From assembly GCA_964016885.1 (NCBI GenBank), contig OZ024741.1, positions 70,680,001 to 70,744,000 on the forward strand: a stretch of DNA of 64,000 bases. The letters are read 5' to 3'. The notes beneath the pieces were generated by a model. It ran no database searches, was not told the DNA's origin, and was given only the letters and a program-made list of their open reading frames with translations. Positions 40,493-53,784 of this stretch are shown here, piece after piece (within the stretch, counting starts at the first letter, position 1; every line of letters starts with the position of its first letter). Position numbers and translations under genes: made by a program. Origin of the DNA: Eledone cirrhosa (Eukaryota).

Positions 40493-40635
40493 CTGGCCAT
40501 TCCATTGATGGAATTACATCATTAGAACCTTTTATTGGCTGTATCAGAAATATGGTTATCAAGGGCAAGCCATATCAGTTACACTCTGGTGTATCCAATG
40601 GGAATGTTCAATTGGGTTCATGTCCAACTACATAA
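40493..40635 (+). CDS. LanA: Laminin alpha chain terminal coding exon (LG5 end and stop)
   Basis: Acceptor CTTTCTCTTTCAG|, phase 1. Peptide GHSIDGITSLEPFIGCIRNMVIKGKPYQLHSGVSNGNVQLGSCPTT* has the GCIRN...CP end typical of laminin alpha chains. Confidence 0.93.
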
Positions 40636-41325
40636 ATGGAGATTTTCCTAACTAAAAGCTTGGTCAGTAAACCAGCCTGTTTGTAACTAATACATCAAGC
40701 ATTCTCATTTCTATGTTGATGAAATGCTTCTAGCTTTGTTATATAGAATATCCACATTTGTTTCATTTAATTAATATCTATAATTACAGAATTGGTTATA
40801 CATTATTGTTGAAGATAATGATGATAGGGATTATGATATTTCTTTGTATCATTTAATAACACAAATATAACTATTAAATGAGAACAATAGCTTCCTAGAA
40901 ATCTCTATAAAAACAAATACAAAATGCTTTTGTATATGTTTTTAATAAAAATGATAATTATTATTATTATTATTATTATCCTTATTATTAGTACTACTAC
41001 TACTATTACTACTACTATTGCAAGATCAGCAAATATGAGCTACAGAAGATGGGGCTACTATGAGTTCTCTCTCTACAATGAAAACCTCTATTGCCTTAGG
41101 TTCAAGGCCTGAACCTGGCAGTAGTGAAACAGAACTGATCTAAACGGAATAACACAATAATAATAATAATAATATTTAAAACAGGATTAAAACAACCACC
41201 CCAATGAGCTTAATGAGATTTCATAAATAGTTGTCAAAACAAATGCATAGGACAAGAAAATTAATATATTATACATGGTTGAGGATGATTGAATTTTTTA
41301 ACCAATCTGTAAATCTAGATAAAGA

Positions 41326-41331
41326 AATAAA
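41326..41331 (+). promoter_or_regulatory. Candidate polyadenylation signal of the laminin gene (alternative AATAAA at 40944)
   Basis: AATAAA followed by a T-rich tract about 700 nt after the stop; usage unverified. Confidence 0.4.
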
Positions 41332-41353
41332 ACATTTATTTTGTTTATATATA

Positions 41354-42544
41354 CAAGGTATGTTCAATATGTAATGAGAACATTTCAGGGAAGAGATTAT
41401 ATATTTTCATAAGCTTACAAAACTTTGTCTCCTTTAAAACAATGACACTTCACATCTATACACATATGCAGGCATCTTCCCCACTCATGAAAGACATCCT
41501 CCAATCCTTCTGCAGTCCAATCAGGAATTCGCTGATGCTTCCTTCAGTTCCTGTGTTGATTCCAATTTGATTCCCCTGAAGAAGTCACACGGAGCTGTAG
41601 GATGGGTGTTGTACCAGTTTCATTCCCTTGTTGGTCATCCAGGTGGTCACCAGCATTGACTTGTAGTATGGGACATTGTCCTGGTAGAAACCCACTCTCC
41701 ACTGCTGCAGCCTCTCAGAACATCACAGTAATACTCCTTATTGATGAAGCCATTCAACATGACTTAGCCCCTGAGAGTTGAGGAATGGAATGACTATGGT
41801 CTTCTCTTGCAACCTGCTCATTTTTGTCTTCTTGGGCCTGGGGGGGAGGACACATGCTTCCACGGGGCACTCTGACATTTGCACTCAGGGTCATAGGTGA
41901 GTACCCAACTCTCTTCACAAGTCAATACTTTATTCAGGAAACAAGAATCAGACTATTATATCGAGAATATTAGTGCAACATTCCAAACAAAACTGTCTCT
42001 GATCATCCAAGATCTTTTGCAAAGACTTGGCACAGACTTCATGAAGCTCCAGATTTTGGGTAATAATTGTCTCCATTGAACCAGTACTAATGGCAACAGA
42101 TTCAGATATTATTCTCACACTAGCTCAATGGTTTTGCATCAATTCCTCAGTGTGTTCTTCCTTTTGTGCACATTTTGGTGCTCCAGATTTGCATTCATCC
42201 TTCAGAAAATCGTTTTTAAAAATCTGTAGAAATTTGCTTTGTTCAACAATTCATCTTCAGAGGCCTACTCTAACATTCTATGGGCTTCTTGTTTTGTTTT
42301 CTTAAGTTTAACACAAAATTTGATGGCATAATGTTGCTCTGTGTTTCCTAGCATCTTGCCACATGATAAATCACTTCACAGTGGTTCCACCACATATACC
42401 ACTGCACTCCAGCCTAAGCAGGTTGCCAGTTAGTCACTTTATACATTATGATGAAATAGTATTCTTCATGATGAAATAGTATTCTAATTGAATGATATTT
42501 ATTACTTCTGAAATTTTTTCATTACTTATTGAACATACCTCCTG
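41354..42544 (-). mobile_element. Degraded mariner (Tc1/mariner) DNA transposon
   Basis: Imperfect TIRs CAAGGTATGTTCAATATGTAATGAGAACATTTCAG / CTGAAATTTTTTCATTACTTATTGAACATACCT, with TA on the left. Minus-strand GEESWVLTYDPE and WKHVSSP..PKK transposase motifs; about 1.2 kb. Confidence 0.85.
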
Positions 42545-42602
42545 TGTGTGAGTGTATATAAATATAAAATATGTAAAAAAACCTGTAGAGTAAATATTTA
42601 TT

Positions 42603-42717
42603 ATATGTATAGATTAAAGTTTAAGCTAAGAATCGCTGCTTTCACCCTTTTACATAGAAGATCCTGTAAAAGGGCGAAAGCAGCGATTCTTTGCTTAAAC
42701 TTTAATCTGTACATATG
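42603..42717. repeat. About 52-bp-arm near-perfect hairpin
   Basis: ATATGTATAGATTAAAGTTTAAGCTAAGAATCGCTGCTTTCACCCTTTTACA, a 10-nt loop, then the reverse complement. Confidence 0.9.
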
Positions 42718-44029
42718 AGAAATATATATATATATACACACATACTTGAATGAAATAAAATGGATATAACAGGAAAAATGTGTTTGTGTTATTAAATAAA
42801 TCATTACTGAAAGGAGAAAGAATGGGGTGGACTGTAGTCAGTTATATCAGGCCTAGTACTTAGTACATGTTTTTTCAAAATCAAAGTTGGTCATTGCAGG
42901 GTTTGAGTGCAGAATATAATTGAATATAAATAGATATCTGGTAGTCAACTGATTCTGTGAAGGTACATGGCTTAGTAGGATTGGGCTCATGGTAGTGAGG
43001 TGGTGAGTTAAATCTCTGGACCATGTCATGTGTTGTATCCTTGAGCAATACACTTTTTTTTCACATTGTTCAAATTCGCACAGTTGGAAAAAATGTTGTG
43101 ATGATATCAGTGCCAATCTGTATGAGCCTATGCAATCAATTACCTAGTACAATATTGCAGATATGGAAGTATAGATTTGCATAAGCAAATGGCTTGTGGC
43201 TCAAGGAAGCAAACCCATGGTCAGTTAGTCATGGGTTTTAACCCATGGCCAGTTGTGGCTGAAGGGAGCTCTTTACTGTGGATTCTGTCATCCAACTTAC
43301 AGTATCTAATTATGTCCCTTTATGCTGTGCTTGTCTTGTTGCACACTGTGTCACCTCAAGGATTATATTAAGGGTACACATGTCAGTGGAATACTTAACC
43401 ACTAACTAAAACACTCATCAAAACAGGTGGAGCTTCTTTCCATTTGAATATTCAGCTTAAAGTCTCAAATATTACAATAAAGTTACTGAATTGTCTTTAT
43501 TATAATAATTAAAGTAGTATTTCATTCTCTTGGAGATCAATAACTAAACACCAGCCATTACTGGGGATTGACTAATTTTATAATTGTAAATTTTATCATC
43601 TTGACGACAAGTGAAAGAAGCAACATCTCAAAGAGAATATTCCTACAATATATATAGGTACATGACTTGCAATTTGTTGGAAAGAGAAAGTTGATTACAT
43701 TGACCTCGGTATGGGACTATAACTTTATTTTATTGACCTTTGAGAGATAAAAAGCAAAGTTGAACTTGGCAAAATTTGAAATCAGAATGTAAAGAACCAA
43801 AACCAATATTGCAAAGCAGTTTTTCAATGCACTAATAATTTTGCGAATGCATCACCCTCTTTATTTATTCATAAAATAAATGAATGAGTATATTTGGGGG
43901 AGGGAGTAACTAAGAAGAACTCTTGGAGTATAAGTAAAAAAAAAACTTCTGAAAACAAATATCTGAGGTTCAGTCACTTTAGAAGGCTTTACATATTGGT
44001 GTTAACTTTTTCATTACAATATCTCAAAT

Positions 44030-47000
44030 GAAAGACACTGCCTATCAGTCTCAAATATGTTGTGACTGTGTTTAGGATAATAGCAAAGTATTCTTTCCAC
44101 CTCAAGAGGATGTACCTCTTTGAAGAGATGAGATCTCCAGGCATGTTCCTAATAGCAGGTCTGGACGGTTACTTCTTATTACAAAGTTGGCAGATGGTTT
44201 GCCAGAATACTTTATTTGCTGATCTGACGTCAGATTCCAGCTTAACCACTAAATATCCCCATGTCTTCAATTTGGATGCCTTTACTACTGTCTCTGCTGT
44301 GACTTTTCATGACTGCTTGTACCACAAGTGCAAGAATGAGGTTTTATTTCTAAGCCAAGCCTTGTAGGTCTCCATCTTTGATCTCTTGATTAAATCAAGG
44401 GGTCTTCCTGCCACACCAAGCCACTTTCATGTGCATCATTTAATAGCTAAAGCAGAAACTGCCAAACTGAACAATCACCTCTCCATTTCAATGTCCTCAG
44501 TTTGTTCTGAATTTGGATGCAATAATATTTGCATACCTGGTTCTGACTTCTTTATTATGTAGGTTGACCTGGACCTGTCAGTTTTGTGGACTTTCTTAGC
44601 TTTAGGTAGTCTCTAGTTGCAGATAGCTAGATGGTGATCAGTTGACAGCTCAGCCCCTCTCTTAACATGAACATCCAGCATATAATCAAAGAGATCAGAG
44701 ACAATAACAAAACCAATTGTTAATCTCTGTCCCTGATTCCCCTTATACCATTTATATTTATGGATGTCTTTGTGCTGGAAGGTGTTCATAATAGAGAGCC
44801 TATTACTAAAATAGCAGTCTTATAATGCCTCTCTATTTGTACTTAGATCAGGATCCTTATTTCTCCCAATCACTCCTGTCCATGTCAGGTGGTCAGTGTG
44901 AACATGTGCATTGAAGTCTCCTATTAGGATATATGAACCAGTTTTAACTAGATCTAACTCTGCTTTAACTTTATCAGGATCTGTATTCAGAGACTTTGTT
45001 TAGTGCATAAACTTGCACCATCCACAGAGACCTTTTTTTCATCCAAAGCATCAAGAGTTAAATCCTCCATCCTAATGGGATTCAGTCCACAACACATTCT
45101 GACAGCTGGGGCTTGTCAGTAGCCCCAATCCTGTCTGTGCAGTCATTTCTAGTGTGACACCTCCATCCAAATCTACAGTACCAGTGCCATGGATCTTTGT
45201 TGAAGAAACCTTGACTAGTAGCATCTAACCTCCTTCACTAGTCCCTGTTCCTTACCTGTAAAGATTGGGATGTCCAGGTTCCAATGGTTATGGTTTGCTC
45301 CCTTCCAAATCCTCCTTGGGGTTTCGGCATACACAATCTTTGTGTGTCCATGCCTCTCAGGACAGATCACAGGCTCATTGACTGTTCTTACAGAATGTGA
45401 TGAAAACTGCCATATATATTTCGTTTCGACTCCTCTACCTAAGGCCTGAATAGGTCCTGTGTTTACCTGCGTGAAAGATGATGTGGCCTGATTCTTTTTG
45501 TTGCTTCCACCCATATTGCAGTTTTGGAGGTGGCCTTTACTTCCCTCATCCTTAAGAGAGTTTTCTTAGGAGCTAAAGGTGTCACGCATTACTCCATCTC
45601 CTCTTATAGTTTACTGCTGTTGGACCGGAGCTGCTTATTCATCTAGCATGAGCCCACTTATATTGCAACCAACCATCAAGTTTGCAGTTACAAGAGCAAT
45701 TAAAGAGAGTAAATGTGTCAAGTCCTCTAGGGAGGATGAAATTAGGCCTGAGATGTTAAAAGTCTTAGATAAAGAAGGTACTCGCTTGTGCCGGTTGGCC
45801 TGTATATCTGGAAAGACACCTAAGCAATGGCAATCAGGAGTGATAATCCCAATTTTCAAAAAGGGAGACAAAAGAGATTGCTCCAATTATAGAGGGATGT
45901 CTTTGTTAGGCCTCCCCAGTAAAGTCTATGCTAAGTGTCAGGCAAAGAGATATAGGGACATTGTTGAGTCCAAGCAGTGTGCTTTCACCCCAGATGCAGC
46001 ACAGCTGACCAGATATTCACACTGAAGCAGGTCATTCAGAAATCATGGGTGTATTGCCAAGAGGTGTATACTTGTTTTGTAGACGTTGAAAAGGTATACG
46101 ACAATGTTCCATGGGACTTGCTGTGGAAGGTTCTGCATGTGTATATAATTGATAGACAGCTTCTTGTTGCCCTCATGTCTCTATATGAATACCCTAGTAT
46201 TTGTATTAGGATAAATGGTGCTAAATCAAAACCATCTAATGTGGGAGTTGAGCTCTGCTATGGGTGCATACTGTCATCTCTTCTGTTCATAATATTCATG
46301 AACAGGGTTGATATGTGCAGTCAGGTTGGAAGTGGTATCACAACAGGTAAGTGTAAGATCAGTTGGCTGGTAGTTCCAGATAGCATGGTGTTACTTAACT
46401 CGACAGAAGGTGATCTCTGACATGCACTTGATACGTTTGATGCAGAATGCTTCATGGCTGGAATGAAAATCAGTGCTGTGAAGACTGAAATACTTGTCTT
46501 CTCAAAGAAGCCTGCGGAGTACACTATATGTAAATGGAGTTCCACTAAGCAGGTGCAGAAGTTTAAGTATTACAGGGGTATGTCCATGAGTGATGGAAGG
46601 AATAAGATGCAAGAATTGTAAGAGCTGGTGCAATATGCACCAGCTTCATCATTTGGTAATGAGAAAAAGGGAGGTAAGTGTAAAAGCCAAACTTGTTATT
46701 TTCAATTTAGTATTCGGGCCAACCTTTACCTATGGTCATGAATCTTGGGTAATGACCCCAAAAATACAATTATGAATACAAGTGGCTGAAATGTGATTCC
46801 TCTGAAGGATCTTTGGAGTAACATTACTCAATATAATGCATAGCTCAGAGATCAGAGAGTCACTCCAGGTAGATCCACTACTACTCCGAATTGAGAGATT
46901 ACAACTCCAATACTATGGGCATATGGTTAGAATGTCTCAGGAAAGAATTGCGAAATAGATTTTACAGGCAAAATCAGCTGACAGGAGACTCAGGGGTAGA

Positions 47001-47100
47001 TCACAGGCAAGATGGTTGGATAACATCTGTAAGCTCAGCTGGTCTCATTTGGAGATCCAGTCGGATCAATTGGAGACAGCTGCTTCTGACAAGACCCGCT
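44030..47100. mobile_element. Degraded RTE LINE with inverted 5' half (EN/linker on minus, 44030-about 45670; RT on plus, about 45670-47100)
   Basis: Minus: FTGKEQGLV, IGDFNAHV, ANKVFWQTI, RWKEYF. Plus: DEIRPEMLK, WQSGVIIPIFKKGDKRDCSNYRG, FVDVEKVYD, FTYGHESWVMT. Confidence 0.8.
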
Positions 47101-47306
47101 TTTTACATCATAAAGTACATACAAACCAGCAAGATTTCAAATGTGAATACTGTGATCGCAGATTTCAAAGATCATATGACCTTGTTGTTCATGTTAGGAC
47201 ACATACTGGAGAAAGGCATTTCCGTTGCAAGGAATATTCCAAAGCTTTTGTGACCACTTCTCATTTATCTGAACACAAAAAGATGCACGTAGAGAAGAAA
47301 ACTTGA
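47100..47306 (+). pseudogene. C2H2 zinc-finger gene fragment
   Basis: HHKVHTNQQDFKCEYCDRRFQRSYDLVVHVRTHTGERHFRCKEYSKAFVTTSHLSEHKKMH: one intact finger, a TGER linker and a second finger with C>Y. Confidence 0.75.
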
Positions 47307-47364
47307 TGCAAATATCAAAACTCAAACCTACATGTGGTGAAATATGTGACATCAAAGTCGATGT

Positions 47365-47645
47365 CTGGTGACCGTTTATGGGTTATTGATGGTTCAAATG
47401 TTTAATAACTGTAGAATAGTTACTACAGATTGAAACGTTTAGTGACCATTGCATGGTTATTACTAGTTGAAATGTTTAATAGCCAGGGTACGGTTATTGA
47501 TAGTTAAAACATTTTGTTAACAGTGAAACAGTTATTGATAGTTCAAATATTTGGTGAAAGTGGAATGGTTATTATAAATTCAAATATTGGTAACTGTGGA
47601 AGGGCCATTGATAGCTGGAATGTTTAGTAACTGTAAATGGTTAAT
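47365..47645. repeat. Degenerate 37-bp minisatellite, 7-8 copies
   Basis: GGTTATTGATAGTTCAAATGTTT...-like units start at about 47381, 47418, 47455, 47492, 47530, 47567 and 47603. Confidence 0.75.
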
Positions 47646-49452
47646 ACAGGTTGCAAAAAAAAACTGATTTCTTTTGGCAACGCAAAAAATATTTTCCCCT
47701 TAAGGAATAGATACAGACTGAAAGATACGTATTTTATAGTCTCTGTGTTGAGTTTGTATAATAATTAGAACTGACCATTAAAGCTTCCGATTTGATAAAA
47801 GTTGTTATACACTCCAGTACAACCTTATGTCACAAGAAAGAACTAAGGAGACTCTATATGAACACTTGATATGTTAAAGATAAGAGCCAAGTCTTACTCA
47901 AACCAAATTCACATTTTCTTTAAAATAAAGTATGCATTGAATAATGAAGCCTATATATTAAAAACAACAAGCTGGTCATAGCTGGAGTGCAGTTGGTCAT
48001 GAGCATTCTTCATAAAAGCTTACCTGGGGCTAAACAACAGCAACCACAACAACAACATGTTAAAACTTAACGTTCTGCACCACATGAAACTGCATTGAGA
48101 AGACATTCTTAAAAAGTACGAAAAAGCACCAAGGGGTCTGGTCTCTTTTCCTATTTACTAATAATGTAGTTTTTCTCAAGTTTACAATAATCCTTTTTGA
48201 TTCTAAATTCTGTTTTCAAAGCAAGAATTTCTTCTTAAGCTCTTCTACGCATTCACCTATGAAAACCAGGTCATCAGAATGTAGAAGTTCCCATGGACAG
48301 CAAATTTTGACAATAATCTGTCTACTATTAAAAATAATATAAACATTTGAATTGAATAACGTTTTTTGGTTTGTTTGTTTTTAGATATTTTGCTACATCA
48401 TTACAGTATTAAGAGTTAATACTGCATTTCCATTGAAATGAAATATACTTTGTACAATTATTTAAACAAGGGAGATCACTAACACTGCATTTGATAAAAG
48501 GGAGACAACTCTATATAGATTTGAAAAACTGTCCGTGAGACATACATATACACCAGGTCCGAACACAATGAAAACCAATTCACACTGTCTCCGTCTCTTC
48601 CGCTCTTCCCATTACTCACTATTATGAGCAAATTGGGTTCAGGATCTGGCCACCCCGCGGCCCCGGTGGACTAGCCATCCCACTGCTAGGGTGGACAGAA
48701 TAGAGAATGCGTTTCCCCCCGAGGATGGCGACGGAAACGCTCTGGAAGAGCCATTCCAGCACGCGAGGCTTACACCTGCGGGTAGCCAATTCTGTGCCAA
48801 TGGTGTGAGTAGGGAGGTGGCCCTAGGGCCAAGGGCACCAGAAGTTTGCATTAAGCCTAAGATTGATATGCAGGGAAAAGGAACCAAATCTTTTTGAAAT
48901 CAAACTCTCTCGTCTTTAAAGAAAAAGGAGTTACTTTCTCACATTCTAATGACGGAAACGTTTGTAAAAATATTTGTATATTTCAGAGTGAAGTATTACA
49001 CTATAGGAACGCATTTTGCCATATGACTGCTTGATAAGGAATGACCTAGAGCTAGATAACAACAATGAACCAGCGAAAGAGACACTGCATGATTATTAGA
49101 GCTGTTAGAAAGGGCAGCCAAAGTTATCTAAAGTCACACCTAAAAACATATACATTATATATATAATCCAAAAATATATTATGACTGAAAATGAATGTTG
49201 GGATTGTCATGGTTGGAACATCCTTAATTATAGGTCTTCCCTATCAGAATTCGCCAGAGTCTAGGGAATAAAAATCTACATACTTCACATTGTGTTCAAT
49301 TTTACAAGGTACTGCTGCTGCTGCTGCTACTACTACTACTACCGCTGAGAGAAGAGGGAGTTAATTTAAGTGATATAACGAGTCTCAATGTTACTGTTAA
49401 ATAGTAAAACAGTTTAAAATGTTCACGAATGTTCATGTCTTAATATGTATGA

Positions 49453-52400
49453 ATAATAATAATGAAATTATTGTTACAGTGCTCAGGTGCACTACAACTC
49501 ATAAAATGTGCATGTATAGTACATAGAATAATGTTCAAATGTCAGGAAAATGAACAGTGTATGAGTCATGAAATACATGTGTGCGTGTGTATGGAGGGGG
49601 TGCATCAGGTGTAGTGTTGGCGAATTTCAGGAAGCATGGAAGTTTTAAAAGATGCAGGTTGTTTGTTCCATGCTTCAGCAACTCTGAGCGTAAAAAATGT
49701 TTCCAAAAGTAATTGGTGCTGTACTGTTTTCTGACTTTTTAGGCATGCCCACGTGTGTTAGACACATGGAAATCAAAAAGGTACTCAGGGTTGTTGTTGG
49801 CAACATGGTTAATAATTTTGTGGGTGTTTACCAAGTCAGTTGCTAGACGTCAGAGCTTCAATGTATCCATGCCCAGGGAAGCAAGGAGCTCAGAGTATGG
49901 TAGATGCCTGATGGAAGGTATTCGCTTTGTTACACGTCTCTGAACAGTTTCCTGGAGTTCTGAGCAAGATAGGGGTTCCAGACTGGTGATGCAAATTCTA
50001 AGTGTGGCCACACCGTAGCTATATGCAGCTTGAAATAGATAGCTGGAGAGTGGCTGACAAAGGTCTTGCTGAGTGATGCTAAGACACTCTTGGCCTTCTT
50101 GAAAATTTTAGAGTTGTGTTTCGTCCAACACAAATCACTGCTGACAGTAATGCCCAGGTCACGTTCACAAGAAGACTTCTTGATATTAGTGTTGTGGACG
50201 CTGGGTTTTTTCCTCCCAAAATGCATGGTGGTACACTTTTCCACAGCCAACTTGAGTTGCCAGTCCGTGATACATTGCTGCATTGTGTCCAGGTATGATT
50301 GCAGGAAAGATCTATTGTGTTCAGGATCTGTCCTTTTTATCTCAAGGTACAGCTTGATGTCATCTGCATATTTCAGTACTGTGGCATTCTTTAAGTTGGA
50401 ATTTATGTCATTAATATATGCCACAAACAAAAGGGGGCCAAGAACAGATCCCTGTGGTACACCAGATTACATCTCATATGGTGAGGAATGCTGTCCTAGA
50501 ACCGTGACTACCTCTCTTCGACTGAGAATGAAGGACTTCAACCAGTTAAAAAGATCATCCTTCACACCTATTGCAGAGAGTTTTGCCATAAGTCTTTTGT
50601 GTGGCACAGAATTGAAAGGGTGGATGTTGTTTACCATGAGTCGCCTTCAGTGAACCGGGTGATGTCTTCAAGAAACTCAATAAGTTGATCACAGCAGCTG
50701 GAGTTAGGGATAAATCCAAATTGCAAGGGCCAAATAAGACTGTGAGAGTTCCAGAAGTTCCAAAGGGTTTCTCTGACACAGGATTCCATCAGTTTAGCAA
50801 TGCAACTAGTAAAACTGATTGGATGATAGTTGACAGCCGGTGCGGTTACTCTTTTTGAACAGAGGAATGACACTGGCAGTTTTCCACTGCTCCAGAATAG
50901 CACCATTGTTAAGACAGAATTGAAAGAAGAGTGAAAGCTGGTGCAGAAGGAAGTACCCACCACGTTTGAGAAGCAGGTGCGTAACACCATCAAGACCAGG
51001 AGAGGCATGGTTGCATTTATTCTTAAGGTGACACCGCAGCATTGCAGGTGTAAATTTCATAGATGTTATAGAATTTGATGTCAGAGGTGGTGGAGATGGT
51101 ACATTTTGGTCTTTAACAGTGAAAATGCCTGCATAGCATTCAGCAATGAGTTTTGCGCATTCCTTGGCGTCATCAGTAATTTGGTTTGTGTGGGGATTGC
51201 GAAGAGGACCAACTGGAGAGTGAGGTCTCTGCTTTGAGTGTACATATTTTCAGAACACCTTACTGTCAGGGTTGGTTGCTATGCGCTGTTCAAATTCAAG
51301 CACTGCCTTTTTTTGTCACCTGCTTGAGATTGGATGATTTATTTCGCTTTTTCCTATTGATATCTGATTTATGCAGTTTGTACTCATGTCAGCATTACGA
51401 TGTTCTTTTCTGGCAAGACGGACTGCTGCAGTCTCCCAAATTGCACTTTTGGGATGTTTTTTCTGCTTACGTGGCACCGATGCTGCACATGCTGTCCATA
51501 TTGAGTTCAGGATGTTCTGGAGTAGAGTGTTGACATTTCCAGAGTCGTAAAATTCAAGCTAGTTTGGACATTGCAGTTCGGTGCAGTAACAGTTCCAGTC
51601 TGCTTTATTCCAGTCAAAGTGAGCAGTTTGGAGATGGTTGTGGTTTTTGTTACTGCCCATGAAGGACAGATTGGCAATGATCATAGCATGATCAGAGTCA
51701 CCTAAAGTTTCCTCAATAGTAACACTAATAACCATTTCAGGAGAAGTGGTGAAGAGTAGATCCAAAGTGTTGTCTCCTCTTGTTGGGGAGGTGACTACTT
51801 GGGACTAGTTCGAGTCCAGCACTAGCTGAAAGAAATCATTTGCACTTTGCGGCCAACGAAATGTTTCCCAGTCAATCTCAGGGTGATTGAAATCCCCTGC
51901 AATAAAAACATAAGTGGCTGTTTTCCTGGCAGCAGCTCTAAGGATATCACAAAGCTGAGTCTCCTGATGGTAGTTTGGCGGGCAGTAAACAACTCCAAGT
52001 AGAAGAAGTCTTGACATGGTCATACATATATCGCAGAAAAATGCTTCTTGCAGTGATTGGTTCAAATCAATGCAAGAAATTGCTGAAAAGTTTAAACGAA
52101 CGTAGACCATTACACTACCACCACCACAATTATTGCAGTCTTTACGAAACAAGTTGTAGCCAGCTATGCTGAAAACCCCATCACAGAGTAAGGAATGTGC
52201 CCATGTTTCCGTGACTGTAATGAAGTCAGGGTCAATACTTTTGATGTAAGAATCAAATAGATGTATCTTGTTGATTAGACTACGTGCTTTTAAGGACAAC
52301 AACTTGTGCCTTGATTTCAGTCTATGATGATGTGTAGGGGATGGCAGGTTGTTCTGATTTAGTTTCCCAGAGTTTTTTCAGTTTTTTTATTGCAAGTTGT

Positions 52401-53780
52401 TGTGAGTACAGTGTTTTCAGACCAGCTGATATCTCTTTTCCATGTTTCACCAGCCTTAATAAACTTCCATATCTGCCCATCCTCACGTAGGCTGAAGCTT
52501 TCATGTTGTGCTGATTTGCGGTTTAAAGAAGCTGCAGCACATAGCTTTGGGCGTACATCAGGTGGAAGACCAAGGCATGTTCGGAAGGCAATCTGATTTT
52601 CATGCCTAGCTTTATCAGAGGCTAAACGATATAAACGTGCCTCAGAAGAGTTTAAAAAAAGACAGCCTAATTAGCCTGGGTTTCACACCTGGTCGGCCAA
52701 GGTAGAGAGCACCCTTCAGGGGAGCACAGCCTAGGTCTTTTGATGAGCTGGCAGTAAATGTCTGAAGAAGAACTATGTCTTCTGGTACACCAATGGCAAT
52801 TACTTTGTGGTTTACAGATTCAGTGGCTTTTTCAATGAGTCTAGATTCGGCAAGAGCTACGGGGAGATTTTTTAACAAGGCACTCCAGTAAGAGTGAGGT
52901 TCTACACAAACGCTTGATTTGATTCCTGCTATTTCTCGGCTTAAAGCAGAAATCATTTGCCGTATTTCCGCAAACTCCGTATTGATGGTCGATTTTTGTT
53001 GTTGTTCTTCTTCTTCTTCTTCAACAGGAATGGTAGGGGAAGACAGTCGTCGGTGGTGGTTGTTGAGAAGTAATGGGGAAGGAAGACATGGGTTGCTGTT
53101 GTTGATGATGTTCTTCAACAGGAGTAGTAGCAGAAGCTACGGTCGTTGGTTTTTGCCGTTGTTCAGGAACAATGGTAGAGGCAGACATACAAACCAGGCA
53201 CTGAAAGGACCAATTTGGTAGCTGGGCCATTTCCCAGAGCCCATCCACCATAGAAATATGGTGTTTCTTTTTCTGACCTGGGATCTTTTGAAAGTTTGTG
53301 GCACATTGAAGGCAAACAGAAACGCGACATTTGTCACATTCAACCCAACGATTTCGGAAGGAGTTCTCTGGTTCTGTACATAGATGACAGACGTGATTTT
53401 CTGGGCAATGTTCTACTTTGGAACATCGCCCAGTTTTATCACACACTTCATCCATGGATATTACAATAGCAATTTTGTTCTGTCTGTCCATCCGTACAGT
53501 AGAACAAAATGTAAACAAATAGATATGCTGCGTAACTTTAGCACATTTGTTAACGAGATAAATAAAATGTTTCTTTGTGTGTTGTTTTTGTAATTTTGTT
53601 TCTGTTTTCCTATGTATTGTGTGTCTGTATGCAAAAAGATCTGCACACGAATATATAATTTTATATATATAATTAAAAGGTGTATGTGGGTTAGAAACGA
53701 AGTCAATGTTCAGAGTGGTTTTATAATGTACGTAAGTTTGGCCGGTATAGTATCTCACAGTGTGGTTTGTTTTCACTTTG
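49453..53780 (-). mobile_element. Near full-length degraded CR1-group LINE (PHD-finger ORF1, EN+RT ORF2)
   Basis: ORF1 from about 53491 contains CHLC...WVECDKC...CLQC...FQCLVC, is frameshifted twice and ends ...WKRDISW...TLGN* at 52359. ORF2 contains LKARSL, VTETW, AGDFN, GDSDH, VPQGSVLGP and YADD. The (ATT)n tail is at 49453. Confidence 0.93.
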
Positions 53781-53784
53781 TGTG

